64,000 nt of DNA from Syntrophales bacterium (GCA_030018935.1 JASEGZ010000005.1:4988-68987), one strand, 5' to 3'; positions 47,107 to 57,077 are shown, counted from the stretch's first letter. Translations and numbers: made by a program. Notes: generated by a model not told the origin, from the letters alone.

Positions 47107-49025
47107 TTTTAGAAAGGGTCAATTTCCCCGATAATATCAGGGGACTCGATATTGTGGCATTAAATGCGCTGGCCCAGGAGATAAGAGATAAGATTATTGA
47201 GACCACATCCAGACGTGGCGGTCATCTCGCCTCATCTCTGGGTAGCGTGGAATTGACCCTTGCGCTCCACTATGTCTTTGATACTCCAAAAGACAAGCTC
47301 ATCTGGGACGTGGGGCACCAGGCCTATGCCCACAAGATCATTACCGGACGAAAAGACCTGTTTGATACCCTTCGCCAGAGGGGGGGAATCAGTGGTTTCC
47401 CCCGGAGAGAGGAGAGTTCTTATGATGTTTTCAATACGGGGCATAGTGGCACATCCATCTCGGCTGCGTCTGGCATTGCGGAAGCGAGATGTCTGAGAGG
47501 TGGAGACTTTAAGGTAGTTGCCGTCATTGGTGACGGCTCCATGGCGGCCGGCATGGCGTTTGAGGCTCTCAACTGGGCGGGAGACCGCAACAAGGACCTG
47601 ATCATCATCCTGAATGACAATGAGATGAGCATCTCACCCAATGTCGGCGCCATGTCCTCTTATCTGAACCGCATTATGACCGGTCAGAGGGTTACCAAAT
47701 TAAAGATGGAGATCAAGAACTTCATGAAATCCATCCCCCAGATTGGTGAACAGATGTTGAAATTCACGAAAAAGATAGAAGAATCACTGAAGACCTTCGT
47801 TGTGCCGGGTGCCCTGTTTGAAGAATTAGGATTTACCTATGTAGGCCCCCTTCAGGGACACCGCCTGGATCATCTCATTAAAAACCTGGAAAACGTGAGG
47901 AAACTTCAAGGGCCGGTTCTTGTCCATGTGATCACCAGGAAGGGAAAGGGTTACAGGTTTGCCGAAGAGGATCCTTTACGGTTTCACGGGATAGGTCCTT
48001 TCCGGATTGATACGGGTGAAACTGTTACCAGAGACGCCGCTCCCCCGTCTTATACGAAAATATTCGGCAGGACGGTGGTAAAGCTGGCGCATGACAATCC
48101 CCGCATTGTGGCGATAACGGCTGCCATGTGTGGGGGGACGGGACTCGATCAGTTTGTTAGCGAGTTCCCGGAGCGGTTTTATGATGTGGGTATCGCCGAA
48201 CAGCATGGCGTGACCTTTGCTGCCGGTCTGGCCACGGAAGGGCTGATCCCGGTGGTAGCCATCTATTCGACCTTTATGCAGAGGGCTTACGATCAAATTC
48301 TCCACGATGTCTGTCTTCAAAAACTGCCGGTTGTCCTTGCCCTCGATCGCGGAGGGCTTGTGGGGGAAGACGGTCCCAGCCATCATGGACTATTTGACTT
48401 TGCCTATCTACGCTCTATTCCGAATATCATTGTGATGGCCCCGAAGGATGAAAACGAACTCCAGCATATGCTAAAAACAGCGGTGGAGTGTGGATGTCCC
48501 GTTTCCGTGAGATACCCGAGAGGGAAAGGAGTGGGTGTACCCCTCGATGACATACCGGTTTCTCTTGAAATCGGGAAAGGTGAGGTTGTGTTAGGGGAGA
48601 GGGGGGCTGATCTGGCCATATTTGCCATCGGGTCTACCGTTCATCCTGCGATGGCGGCTGCCGGAAAACTCCGCCAGGAAGGTATCAGCGCCATGGTCAT
48701 CAACGCCCGCTTTGTAAAGCCCATTGATGGCGCTCTCCTCTGTGAGGTGGCGGCATCCCTGAAGAAAATCATTACCGTGGAAGAAAATGTCCTCATGGGG
48801 GGGTTCGGGAGCGCCGTCCTCGAATTGTTTGAGGAAAAAGGAGTTCACGGAATCACGGTAAAAAGGCTTGGTATCCGGGACGAATTTGTGGAACATGCTC
48901 AGCAGGCAGAGTTGAGAAGGATGTACGGTATTGATGAAGATGGTATCATCGCGGCTGCACGAAGTATGATTGCTGAATATGGATGTAAAAAACACCAGAG
49001 AAAGATTAGACAAGTTGCTGGTTGA
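47073..49025 (+). CDS. dxs: 1-deoxy-D-xylulose-5-phosphate synthase
   Basis: GGHLASSLG, GHQAYAHKIITGR and GDGSMAAGMAFEALN. The only in-frame start upstream of the conserved N-terminus is the ATG inside the repeat (MTYDIRHTTYDILE...). Confidence 0.93.
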   Translation: MTYDIRHTTYDILERVNFPDNIRGLDIVALNALAQEIRDKIIETTSRRGGHLASSLGSVELTLALHYVFDTPKDKLIWDVGHQAYAHKIITGRKDLFDTLRQRGGISGFPRREESSYDVFNTGHSGTSISAASGIAEARCLRGGDFKVVAVIGDGSMAAGMAFEALNWAGDRNKDLIIILNDNEMSISPNVGAMSSYLNRIMTGQRVTKLKMEIKNFMKSIPQIGEQMLKFTKKIEESLKTFVVPGALFEELGFTYVGPLQGHRLDHLIKNLENVRKLQGPVLVHVITRKGKGYRFAEEDPLRFHGIGPFRIDTGETVTRDAAPPSYTKIFGRTVVKLAHDNPRIVAITAAMCGGTGLDQFVSEFPERFYDVGIAEQHGVTFAAGLATEGLIPVVAIYSTFMQRAYDQILHDVCLQKLPVVLALDRGGLVGEDGPSHHGLFDFAYLRSIPNIIVMAPKDENELQHMLKTAVECGCPVSVRYPRGKGVGVPLDDIPVSLEIGKGEVVLGERGADLAIFAIGSTVHPAMAAAGKLRQEGISAMVINARFVKPIDGALLCEVAASLKKIITVEENVLMGGFGSAVLELFEEKGVHGITVKRLGIRDEFVEHAQQAELRRMYGIDEDGIIAAARSMIAEYGCKKHQRKIRQVAG

Positions 49026-49722
49026 CAGGGGTCTCTCCATGACACGGGAGCGGGCAAGAGCGCTCATCATGTCCGGGGCTGTGATCGTTGGGGATTGCCT
49101 GGTGGATAAGCCGGGCGTACTTGTGCCCCGGGATGGAGAAGTCAGGATCAGGGGCGACGATAACCCCTACGTGAGCAGGGGAGGGTTGAAACTTAAAGGA
49201 GCCCTCCTGACATTCGGCATCTGTGTAAAAGGTCTCGTTGTCCTCGATGTGGGCGCCTCCACGGGCGGTTTTACCGACTGCCTCCTCCAGGAAGGGGCAG
49301 GAAAGGTCTATGCCCTTGATTGCGGTTACGGTCAACTGGCGTGGAAACTGAGGAAAGACAGAAGGGTGACCGTTATAGAACGGACAAACATCCGCTACTT
49401 CGAGGGCGCCGGCATTCATGATGAGGTAGATATGGCCGTGATAGATACCTCTTTTATTTCCCTCAAACTGGTCATTTCCCCTGTCCTTAAGTTCATAAAA
49501 GATGGCGCTATGATCATTGCCCTCATTAAACCGCAGTTTGAGGTGGGGCAAAAAGATGTGGGAAAACAAGGGGTGGTCAGGGATCCTGAGCTACAGAGGA
49601 AGGTGGTTGAGGAGATGACGGCATTCTGCGAGGGATTAAACCTTGAGGTTGTGGGAACATGCGAGTCCCCCTTGTTGGGGCCCGCCGGCAACAGAGAATT
49701 CTTTATCTATGCAAAAAAATAA
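48979..49722 (+). CDS. tlyA: TlyA family rRNA (cytidine-2'-O)-methyltransferase
   Basis: S4-like N-terminus RLDKLLVDRGL and the SAM motif VLDVGASTGGFTD. ATG 48979 (ORF track TTG 48970) overlaps the dxs 3' end. Confidence 0.88.
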   Translation: MDVKNTRERLDKLLVDRGLSMTRERARALIMSGAVIVGDCLVDKPGVLVPRDGEVRIRGDDNPYVSRGGLKLKGALLTFGICVKGLVVLDVGASTGGFTDCLLQEGAGKVYALDCGYGQLAWKLRKDRRVTVIERTNIRYFEGAGIHDEVDMAVIDTSFISLKLVISPVLKFIKDGAMIIALIKPQFEVGQKDVGKQGVVRDPELQRKVVEEMTAFCEGLNLEVVGTCESPLLGPAGNREFFIYAKK

Positions 49723-49811
49723 GGCTTGAGAGGCACAAAGAAAAAAGGATGAAGTCTCCGGATTAACTTTGTGCCTTTGCCCCTCTGTGCCTCTCAAGCC
49801 TGAGTAGTTAC
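49722..49811. repeat. family C hairpin (GGCACAAAG / CTTTGTGCC arms)
   Basis: aggcttgagaggcacaaag ... ctttgtgcctttgcccctctgtgcctctcaagcctgagtagttac. It fills the tlyA-ispH spacer and ends 1 nt before the ispH ATG. Confidence 0.85.
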
Positions 49812-49812
49812 G

Positions 49813-51555
49813 ATGGTTGTTAAACTGGCGAGGGCGGCAGGATTCTGCATGGGTGTCAAGAGGGCTGTTGACATGGTCCTCGATATTGCCCGGCGCAAGG
49901 GTAAAGAGAATATCTACACGTACGGGCCACTGATCCATAATCCCCAGACGATAGAACTTCTCAGGATGCGGGGGATCATTCCTGTCTCTCACCTGGATGA
50001 AATCCGTGAGGGAGGGGCGACTATTATCATCAGGGCGCACGGTATATCGCCCCAGGAGAGAGAGAGGATCAGGGAAAGAGGGATCAGGATCATTGACGCT
50101 ACCTGTCCTAAGGTTGCACATGTCCAGGCTATTATTAAAAAACATGCCCTTCTCAATTATACCGTCCTGATCGTTGGTGATGGTGAGCACCCGGAGGTGA
50201 ATGGCCTCCTCGGATATACCTATGGTAAGGGCATTGTCATTGGCAGCAGGGATGAAGTGGATTGTCTTCCCGAGCTGGATAGGGTTTGCGTAGTTGCACA
50301 GACGACACAAAGTATCGTCGAATATAACGAAATCGTAAAGAGGATCAAGGAAAAATTCCCCGATAATGTCGTTTTTGATACCATCTGTAATTCTACGGAG
50401 CAGAGACAGTCCGAGGTTAAAGAACTGGCTGGACAGATGGATGCCATGGTTATCGTGGGAGGGAAGAACAGCGCAAACACGAAGCGATTGGCCAGGTTAT
50501 CTGAACTTACGGGAACGCCTACATTTCACATTGAAACTGTGGAAGAGCTTAAAAAAATGACAATGAACAGTTACGAAAGAATCGGTGTTTCTGCAGGGGC
50601 ATCGACACCCAACTGGATCATTGACCGGGTGGTGGATAGCATTACAAGCTATCAAGGCCAAAAGAGGAAAAAGATCGGGGGGCTTTTTAATCTCTGGGTA
50701 TTTACCATCAGGTGCGATATATATTCCGCCATCGGCGCCGGATGCCTGTCCTTTACAGGCATGCTTTTACAGAAGCTCAACGTTAGTATCTTGAATATCC
50801 TGACCACATCACTTTATGTTTACGCCATGCATACCCTTAATCGTTTCATCAACAGGAAAACCAGCAGCAGCATCATCGGCTCGTTCAGGGAAGAACTATA
50901 TCGGAAGCATGAAAAGCTCTATCTGTTCATGGCGTTGCTCGCCCTCTTCCTTGCCATGGTATCTTCCTTCTTCACAGGTCTGGCCCCTTTTTTTCTGCTT
51001 TTACTGATTTCTGTCCTGGGGGTACTCTACAATACCAGGTTGTTACCGGAGAACTGGCGTTTAAAAAGACTGAGAGACCTGCCGGGATCAAAAAATGTCT
51101 CCATGGCCATGGCCTGGGGTACTGTGGCAGCGGTGCTACCACAGATGGAGATTGATCTGGCGATTACTCCCGGTATGACTGTAGCTTTTCTGTTTATCTT
51201 TTTCCTGGTTTTTATCCGCTCGGCAATGTCCGATACACTCGACATCCAGAGCGATCGTCTGATTGGCAGAGAAACGATCCCCGTCCTGATTGGAGAGGAA
51301 TATACCCGGATTCTTCTGCAGGGGATACTGGTTTTCCTGGTCATTTTACTCGTTATCGCCTATCCCGCGGGGTGGGCTCCCTCGTTGAGTCTTGCCCTTT
51401 TATCCTGCCCATTTTATGTATGGATTTGTTTTAAGCTCTGTGATAGAAGGTCGCAACTGTCCGGTGTAGTTCTGGAAGGTCTACTTGAGACCTGCTACAT
51501 CGTAGCCGGTATGAGTGCATTTTTGTGGTTCATTTTCACCAGGCATGTTCCGTAA
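49813..51555 (+). CDS. ispH: IspH (HMBPP reductase) fused to a C-terminal UbiA-like polytopic membrane domain
   Basis: aa 1-285 carry LARAAGFCMGVKRAV, ATCPKV, CNST and the VSAGASTPNW IspH motifs. aa about 290-580 are multi-TM with SDTLDIQSDRLIGRETIPVLIG, resembling the second Asp-rich UbiA motif. Confidence 0.85.
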   Translation: MVVKLARAAGFCMGVKRAVDMVLDIARRKGKENIYTYGPLIHNPQTIELLRMRGIIPVSHLDEIREGGATIIIRAHGISPQERERIRERGIRIIDATCPKVAHVQAIIKKHALLNYTVLIVGDGEHPEVNGLLGYTYGKGIVIGSRDEVDCLPELDRVCVVAQTTQSIVEYNEIVKRIKEKFPDNVVFDTICNSTEQRQSEVKELAGQMDAMVIVGGKNSANTKRLARLSELTGTPTFHIETVEELKKMTMNSYERIGVSAGASTPNWIIDRVVDSITSYQGQKRKKIGGLFNLWVFTIRCDIYSAIGAGCLSFTGMLLQKLNVSILNILTTSLYVYAMHTLNRFINRKTSSSIIGSFREELYRKHEKLYLFMALLALFLAMVSSFFTGLAPFFLLLLISVLGVLYNTRLLPENWRLKRLRDLPGSKNVSMAMAWGTVAAVLPQMEIDLAITPGMTVAFLFIFFLVFIRSAMSDTLDIQSDRLIGRETIPVLIGEEYTRILLQGILVFLVILLVIAYPAGWAPSLSLALLSCPFYVWICFKLCDRRSQLSGVVLEGLLETCYIVAGMSAFLWFIFTRHVP

Positions 51556-51585
51556 GAACGATACAGGGGGGGGGGTATTTAAATA

Positions 51586-52167
51586 ATGAAAAAAAAGTGT
51601 TTTGTAGTAATCCTTCTGGTGTTGATGCTCTCCGGTTGTGGCGGACTCCGTTATTCCCAGGTTGCCCCGGAGGCAAAGGATTTTCATCCCCGGAGGATAG
51701 GTGTGCTTCCCGTTGATGTGGGAACCTACGAAGAGGCGAGGGGTGTTATTGACCAGGTTATTGCCGGTGTCCTTGTTGATAAAAAATGGTTTGCCGATGT
51801 GGTTGCTGCCGACACGATCAATAACCAGTTACAGTCCAATGAGGAACTGAGAAAGGTCGTAATGGATTATCTCGCCAAACTCAAAACCGTCAACTTTTCC
51901 GACCCTGAACTGAGTAAAAAGATTGGCGAACTTTCGCAGATTGATGCCTTTCTTGTGGTGAATGTGGACTACTGGAATTACACGGTGGAAAATGAAAAAA
52001 AGCTGGCCAAGGTCGGCATAGGGATTAAGATGGTGGAGGCCGGCACCGGGAAGATCATCTGGAAGGCAGGCCATCATCTATCAGAAGATTATCTGCTCTT
52101 CAAACCAGCCCTTCCTGACGTGGCCAGGGACCTTTGCAAGAAAATGATAGGCTACATGCCGCATTGA
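51586..52167 (+). CDS. lipoprotein of unknown function
   Basis: Signal peptide with lipobox LMLSGC; 193 aa. Confidence 0.7.
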   Translation: MKKKCFVVILLVLMLSGCGGLRYSQVAPEAKDFHPRRIGVLPVDVGTYEEARGVIDQVIAGVLVDKKWFADVVAADTINNQLQSNEELRKVVMDYLAKLKTVNFSDPELSKKIGELSQIDAFLVVNVDYWNYTVENEKKLAKVGIGIKMVEAGTGKIIWKAGHHLSEDYLLFKPALPDVARDLCKKMIGYMPH

Positions 52168-52173
52168 TTTTTT

Positions 52174-52265
52174 GTAAGCATTCAGCCGTCAACGATCAGC
52201 GATCAGTAACCCCTGGTATCTTTTTGTTTTTGCTGAAAACTGAAGGCTGACAGCCGAACGCTTAC
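52174..52265. repeat. family B palindromic element (inverted orientation relative to 57239-57323)
   Basis: The reverse complement aligns almost end to end with the 57239-57323 copy. Confidence 0.85.
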
Positions 52266-52289
52266 TAATTTTTATCTGGAGGTTGTCTC

Positions 52290-52514
52290 ATGAAGGAAAA
52301 GGTACAAAAAGCGATAGAGCGTATAAGGCCATCTCTTCAGGCTGACGGGGGAGATGTTGAGCTGGTTGATGTGAGCGATGACGGCATCGTGAAGGTTAGA
52401 TTAGTAGGTGCCTGTTGTGGCTGTCCCATGTCACAGATGACATTAAAGATGGGAATTCAGAAACATCTGCAGAAGGAAATTCCTGAAATTAAAGAAGTTG
52501 TTTCTGTATCGTAG
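52290..52514 (+). CDS. NifU-like (Nfu C-terminal domain) Fe-S assembly protein
   Basis: IRPSLQADGGDVELVDV...VRLVGACCGCPMSQMTLK is the NifU C-terminal domain signature. Confidence 0.85.
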   Translation: MKEKVQKAIERIRPSLQADGGDVELVDVSDDGIVKVRLVGACCGCPMSQMTLKMGIQKHLQKEIPEIKEVVSVS

Positions 52515-52545
52515 GTTTACCAGTCTCATGCAAGGAGAAGAAAGT

Positions 52546-52725
52546 ATGGCGTACGTAATTACGGATGAGTGCATTTGCTGTGGTTCCTGTCAGGAGGAAT
52601 GTCCTGAAGAGGCGATCAGTGAGGGAGAGGACAAATACGTTATTAATCCCAATCTTTGTATAGATTGCGGGACCTGTGCCGATCAATGCCCGGTTGAGGC
52701 AATCATACCGGCAGATGAAAGATAG
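52546..52725 (+). CDS. 2x[4Fe-4S] ferredoxin
   Basis: CICCGSCQEECP and CIDCGTCADQCP. ATG 52546 follows aaggagaag (ORF track starts at 52498). Confidence 0.9.
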   Translation: MAYVITDECICCGSCQEECPEEAISEGEDKYVINPNLCIDCGTCADQCPVEAIIPADER

Positions 52726-52819
52726 GTTGTATTCAGGAGTAAAGGGCGACCTCCGTCACCCCCAAAAGACTGCAAGCATTTCATACCCGTTAATTTCCCT
52801 ATTTTCTTGGTAAGTCCAA

Positions 52820-53470
52820 ATGGGACAATTCATCACCTTCGAGGGTATTGAAGGTTGTGGTAAAACCACCCAGATCAGGATGGCAAGTGAATACCTGAAG
52901 CGCCATCACATCCCTTTTCTCATCACCTCGGAACCCGGCGGGACCCCCCTGGGGGAAAAGATCAGAGAAATCCTTTTAAATAGAGGCGGTTATAAGATAT
53001 GCGCTGAAGCGGAAATTCTCCTCTTTTCTGCGGCCAGGGTCCAGCATGTAAGAGATGTAATCTCGCCTGCACTTTCGGAGGGTAAGATCGTCTTATGCGA
53101 CCGTTTTTCCGACTCTACCATGGTCTATCAGGGTTTAGGGAGGGGATTGGATCTTGATTTCATCAGGGGGCTTAATGCAATTGTCTCGGTTGGCCTGAAA
53201 CCAGACCTGACCCTTGTTTTTGATCTACCCGTTGAGATTGGCCTCAAGAGGGCTAGGGAGAGGATGCGTTTCGAGGGGTCTGCCTTAGAGGATCGTTTCG
53301 AGAGAGAAGATTTAGAATTTCACAGAAGGATCAGGGAAGGTTATCTTCTTCTTGCGAAACAGGAACCGGGGCGATTCAGGGTCATAGATGGCGAAAAAGA
53401 CATTATCAGCATCAATCGTGAGGTGTGTTCTTACCTGAGGGGTAGGGGGCTTGTGCATGGAAGGCATTGA
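52820..53470 (+). CDS. tmk: thymidylate kinase
   Basis: FITFEGIEGCGKTTQ P-loop and the DRF motif. Confidence 0.93.
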   Translation: MGQFITFEGIEGCGKTTQIRMASEYLKRHHIPFLITSEPGGTPLGEKIREILLNRGGYKICAEAEILLFSAARVQHVRDVISPALSEGKIVLCDRFSDSTMVYQGLGRGLDLDFIRGLNAIVSVGLKPDLTLVFDLPVEIGLKRARERMRFEGSALEDRFEREDLEFHRRIREGYLLLAKQEPGRFRVIDGEKDIISINREVCSYLRGRGLVHGRH

Positions 53471-53486
53471 GTACTGAGGTAATTTC

Positions 53487-54467
53487 ATGTCCTTCAAAGA
53501 CATTTACGGTCACGATAAACAGATCGGTATCCTCCAAGCCGCCGTGGCAAGGAGCCGTGTCCCCCATGCGTACCTCTTTTACGGCATGAAGGGTATTGGC
53601 AAGAGGACAACAGCGGTGGTGTTCGCCAAAGCCCTGAATTGCCGGGAAGGGGGAGATGTCTTTGATGCTTGTGATAAGTGTTCGTCCTGCCGGAAAACAG
53701 ATCACAGAAACCATCCCGATGTTACGATCATAGAAGCTGAAGGGCAATTTATCAGGATCAGAGAGATTAGAGATATCCAGAACCAGATGAAATTCAAGCC
53801 TTTTGAAGGGGGGAAAAGGATATTTATCATTGTTGATGCAGATAAAATGAACATCACCTCGGCCAATGCGTTGCTTAAGACACTTGAGGAGCCTTCTCCA
53901 TCCAATATACTGATATTGATCACATCACGACCTTACCAGCTTCCCCTTACGGTCCTTTCCCGTTGTCAGCATTTAAGGTTCAATCCTTTGCTGAAGGAAA
54001 CCATCCATTCATTTTTACAGGATCGTTTAGTTATGGATTCTGAATCGGCCATGGTGCTCGCTTCATCGTCAGGCGGGAGCATTGGAAAGGCGTTGGAGAT
54101 GAGCAAGGATGCCTTTCTGACGTTGCGGAATGAAGTTCTGAGCAAGATATCAGAAAACCGGATGAAGGATCCTCCGAACATTTTATCCTTTGCAAGTAAT
54201 TTTGGAAAGGATCGCAGGGAGATCATTGACAGGCTTGATATCTTGAGGATCTGTTACAGAGATGCTCTGGTCTATAAGGAAACGGCGGAAATGGAACGTC
54301 TGATCAATCAGGATCACACGGACATCATCAAATCTATCGCTGACAGGCTGTCAGGACAGGACATCATGAACAACATCAAGACAGTTGATTGGGCTTCTGA
54401 CGCCATTGACCGGAATGCCAATAAAGCATTGACTTTGGAAGCGATGATGTTTAAAATTATTTGGTAA
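53487..54467 (+). CDS. holB: DNA polymerase III delta' subunit
   Basis: HAYLFYGMKGIGKRT, the Zn module C..CDKCSSC, and SRCQ. Confidence 0.88.
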   Translation: MSFKDIYGHDKQIGILQAAVARSRVPHAYLFYGMKGIGKRTTAVVFAKALNCREGGDVFDACDKCSSCRKTDHRNHPDVTIIEAEGQFIRIREIRDIQNQMKFKPFEGGKRIFIIVDADKMNITSANALLKTLEEPSPSNILILITSRPYQLPLTVLSRCQHLRFNPLLKETIHSFLQDRLVMDSESAMVLASSSGGSIGKALEMSKDAFLTLRNEVLSKISENRMKDPPNILSFASNFGKDRREIIDRLDILRICYRDALVYKETAEMERLINQDHTDIIKSIADRLSGQDIMNNIKTVDWASDAIDRNANKALTLEAMMFKIIW

Positions 54468-54485
54468 TTGTAGATAAAAAGGAGG

Positions 54486-55283
54486 ATGGATGGGTTGAGG
54501 AATATTGTTGGTGTAAAGTTCGATAAGGGGGGGAAGGTACGCTTCTTTAATGCCTCTGGTCTTTTGCTGAAAAAGAAAGATGAGGTAATTGTCAATACCG
54601 ATAATGGACCGGCAATCGGCAGGGTTGTGACAGATGTGAGGTCTGTGCCCATCTATAAAGCACCGATCAACTTTCAGGATGTTGTCCGTAAAGTTACAGG
54701 AAAAGATTTGAAGGTTAAAGAAGATAATCGGGAGTTAGAACAAGTTGCCCGCCAATTCTGCCTGGAAAGGATCAAGGCGAGAAACCTTCCCATGAAACTG
54801 ATAGATGTGACGTATTTCTTTGATAGAAGCAAGGTGATGTTCTACTTTACTGCGGAAAACCGTGTTGATTTCAGGGAACTCGTCAGGGATCTGGTGCAAA
54901 AGTTCAAGACCAGAATTGAGTTAAGGCAGATTGGCGCCAGACATGAGGCCTGTATTATCAAAGGGATAGGAGTCTGCGGCAGAGAGGTCTGCTGCGCCGG
55001 TTCACACTATAATCCTGATCGGGTTTCAGTCAAGATGGCAAAAGAACAGGGTGTGTCTCTGAATATAGAGAAGATTTCGGGGCTTTGCGGGAGACTCATG
55101 TGCTGTATGTCCTTTGAGTACGATGTCTATCAGGATATGAAAAAGAATATGCCGAAATGTGGAAAAATGCTCCAGACTAGCGGGGGACGTGGCAAGGTCG
55201 TCAGGCAAAACGTCCTCCGGGATGAGATTATTGTAGAGCTGGAAAATGGTAAAGAGATTGCCGTCAATGTGAAAGATCTGTAA
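54486..55283 (+). CDS. ricT: PSP1-domain protein (RicT/YaaT-like)
   Basis: VGVKFDKGGKVRFF, a C-terminal Cys-rich CGREVCC...GLCGRLMCC, and synteny after tmk-holB. Confidence 0.8.
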   Translation: MDGLRNIVGVKFDKGGKVRFFNASGLLLKKKDEVIVNTDNGPAIGRVVTDVRSVPIYKAPINFQDVVRKVTGKDLKVKEDNRELEQVARQFCLERIKARNLPMKLIDVTYFFDRSKVMFYFTAENRVDFRELVRDLVQKFKTRIELRQIGARHEACIIKGIGVCGREVCCAGSHYNPDRVSVKMAKEQGVSLNIEKISGLCGRLMCCMSFEYDVYQDMKKNMPKCGKMLQTSGGRGKVVRQNVLRDEIIVELENGKEIAVNVKDL

Positions 55284-55474
55284 CTACTCAGGTAGGCACA
55301 AAGGTTTGAGAGCACCAAAGGCACAAAGTCAAGAGATCTGAAGAGAATGAGTTGATTAAGTTCCTATAAGATGTTTACAAGGCGGTATTTGGACAGGTTG
55401 TATCATGCGTTCCGATCGTATTCCTTTGAACTTTGTGCCTATGTGCCTTTGCCCCTTTGTGCCTGAATAGTTAC
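55280..55474. repeat. family C hairpin with a unique core of about 105 bp
   Basis: gtaactactcaggtaggcacaaagg...ggcacaaag / ctttgtgcctatgtgcctttgcccctttgtgcctgaatagttac. Confidence 0.85.
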
Positions 55475-55505
55475 AAAGATCTTTAGCCCTTACAAAAGAG
55501 TTTTT

Positions 55506-57077
55506 ATGGAGAAAGTATTTTTTATCACCACGCCGATATACTATGTCAATGCCTCTCCTCATATTGGTCATGCCTACACCACCATTGCCGCCGATGTCCT
55601 GACAAGGTATTACCGCCTTTCCGGTTACAGAACGTTTTTTCTGACCGGCACAGACGAGCACGGTGACAAAGTCGCCCAGGCTGCCCGAAAAGCGAATGAA
55701 ACCCCAAAGACATTTGCAGACCGCATTAGCAATCAGTTCAGAAATCTCTGGTCGGAACTTGGCATCAGCAACGATTATTTCATCAGGACAACCGATGCCA
55801 ATCACGTCGAGACGGTCAGGCTGATCCTGCAGAAGGTTTACGATGCGGGAGATATATATTTCGGGGAATATGAGGGACACTACTGTGTCGGTTGTGAGCG
55901 GTTTTATATGGAAAAAGAACTGGTGGATGGTCAATGCCCTGATCACCAGACCGTGCCGGAATACCGTAGAGAGAGCAACTACTTCTTCAGGATGGGCAAA
56001 TATCAGGACTGGCTCGTTCAACACATCAAAGACCATCCTGATTTTATCAGACCGGAGCGATACAGGAATGAGGTCCTTGCCTTTCTCCGAGAATCGCTCG
56101 AGGACCTCTGCATCTCGAGACCGAAGACAAGGCTGAGCTGGGGAATCACCCTTCCCTTCGATGAAGATTACGTGACATACGTCTGGTTCGATGCCCTCAT
56201 CAATTATATCACGGGATTGGGCTGGCCGGATGGGGAAAGGTTCAGGATATTCTGGCCTCATGCCCAGCACCTGATCGCGAAGGATATACTGAAACCCCAC
56301 GGCATCTACTGGCCTGTTATGCTTAAGGCAGCGGGCATCGAACCTTACCGCCATCTTAATGTGCATGGCTACTGGAATATCGGCCAAGGCAAGATGTCCA
56401 AAAGCCTGGGCGATGTGGTACACCCCTTGGCATTGAAGGATAGATACGGGCTGGAGCCTTTTCGCTATTTTCTCATGAGGGAAATGGTCTTTGGCCTTGA
56501 TGCAAGCTTTAATGAGGAGAGCTTTGTTAAAAGGATCAACGCCGATCTGGCCAATGACCTTGGTAACCTGGTGAGCAGGATCATGGCCATGGCCATAAAA
56601 TACTGTGGCGGGAAGATACCTGATGTCCCTATCCCTTCCGGGGAAGACAGGCCGCTCTTTGCGGCGGCAGGGAAAGCTGTAGCCGAGGCAGAAAACTTTT
56701 TTGCGGAGATCTCCCTGCACAGGGCATTGATTGCCACCTGGGAATTCATCAATCTGGTAAACAGGTACATTGTGGAAAGAGAGCCCTGGACGATGGCGAA
56801 AGACCCCTCCCAGAGGGACAGGCTGGAGATGGTCATCTATAACCTGTTAGAGTCCCTCCGTATCATTGCCGTTCTTATTTTGCCGTTTATGCCGGATTCA
56901 GCAAAGAAGATAATGGAGCAAATCGGAATTGAGGACATCAAGACCCAGGATTTCAAAAGTATCCGTAGCTGGGGTGGCCTCCCGGCCGGGAATGCTCTGA
57001 AACGTGCCGATGCCCTTTTCCCCCGCATTGAATATAAAGAGGAAGAGCCTGATGTTAAACAGGGGGGAGTCAGTTAG
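55506..57077 (+). CDS. metG: methionine--tRNA ligase (short form)
   Basis: TTPIYYVNASPHIGH (HIGH), KMSKS, and Zn-knuckle Cys CVGCERF...CPDH. Confidence 0.95.
   Translation: MEKVFFITTPIYYVNASPHIGHAYTTIAADVLTRYYRLSGYRTFFLTGTDEHGDKVAQAARKANETPKTFADRISNQFRNLWSELGISNDYFIRTTDANHVETVRLILQKVYDAGDIYFGEYEGHYCVGCERFYMEKELVDGQCPDHQTVPEYRRESNYFFRMGKYQDWLVQHIKDHPDFIRPERYRNEVLAFLRESLEDLCISRPKTRLSWGITLPFDEDYVTYVWFDALINYITGLGWPDGERFRIFWPHAQHLIAKDILKPHGIYWPVMLKAAGIEPYRHLNVHGYWNIGQGKMSKSLGDVVHPLALKDRYGLEPFRYFLMREMVFGLDASFNEESFVKRINADLANDLGNLVSRIMAMAIKYCGGKIPDVPIPSGEDRPLFAAAGKAVAEAENFFAEISLHRALIATWEFINLVNRYIVEREPWTMAKDPSQRDRLEMVIYNLLESLRIIAVLILPFMPDSAKKIMEQIGIEDIKTQDFKSIRSWGGLPAGNALKRADALFPRIEYKEEEPDVKQGGVS

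Noticed and set aside
55283-55505. T-box leader upstream of metG
   Set aside because: No T-box consensus (AGGGUGGNACCGCG-like) or terminator/antiterminator pair was found. The region is explained by the family C repeat.
55356-56720. 454-aa ORF on the minus strand
   Set aside because: It is entirely antisense to metG, whose product carries unmistakable HIGH/KMSKS motifs. The antisense product is low-complexity and has no recognisable motifs.
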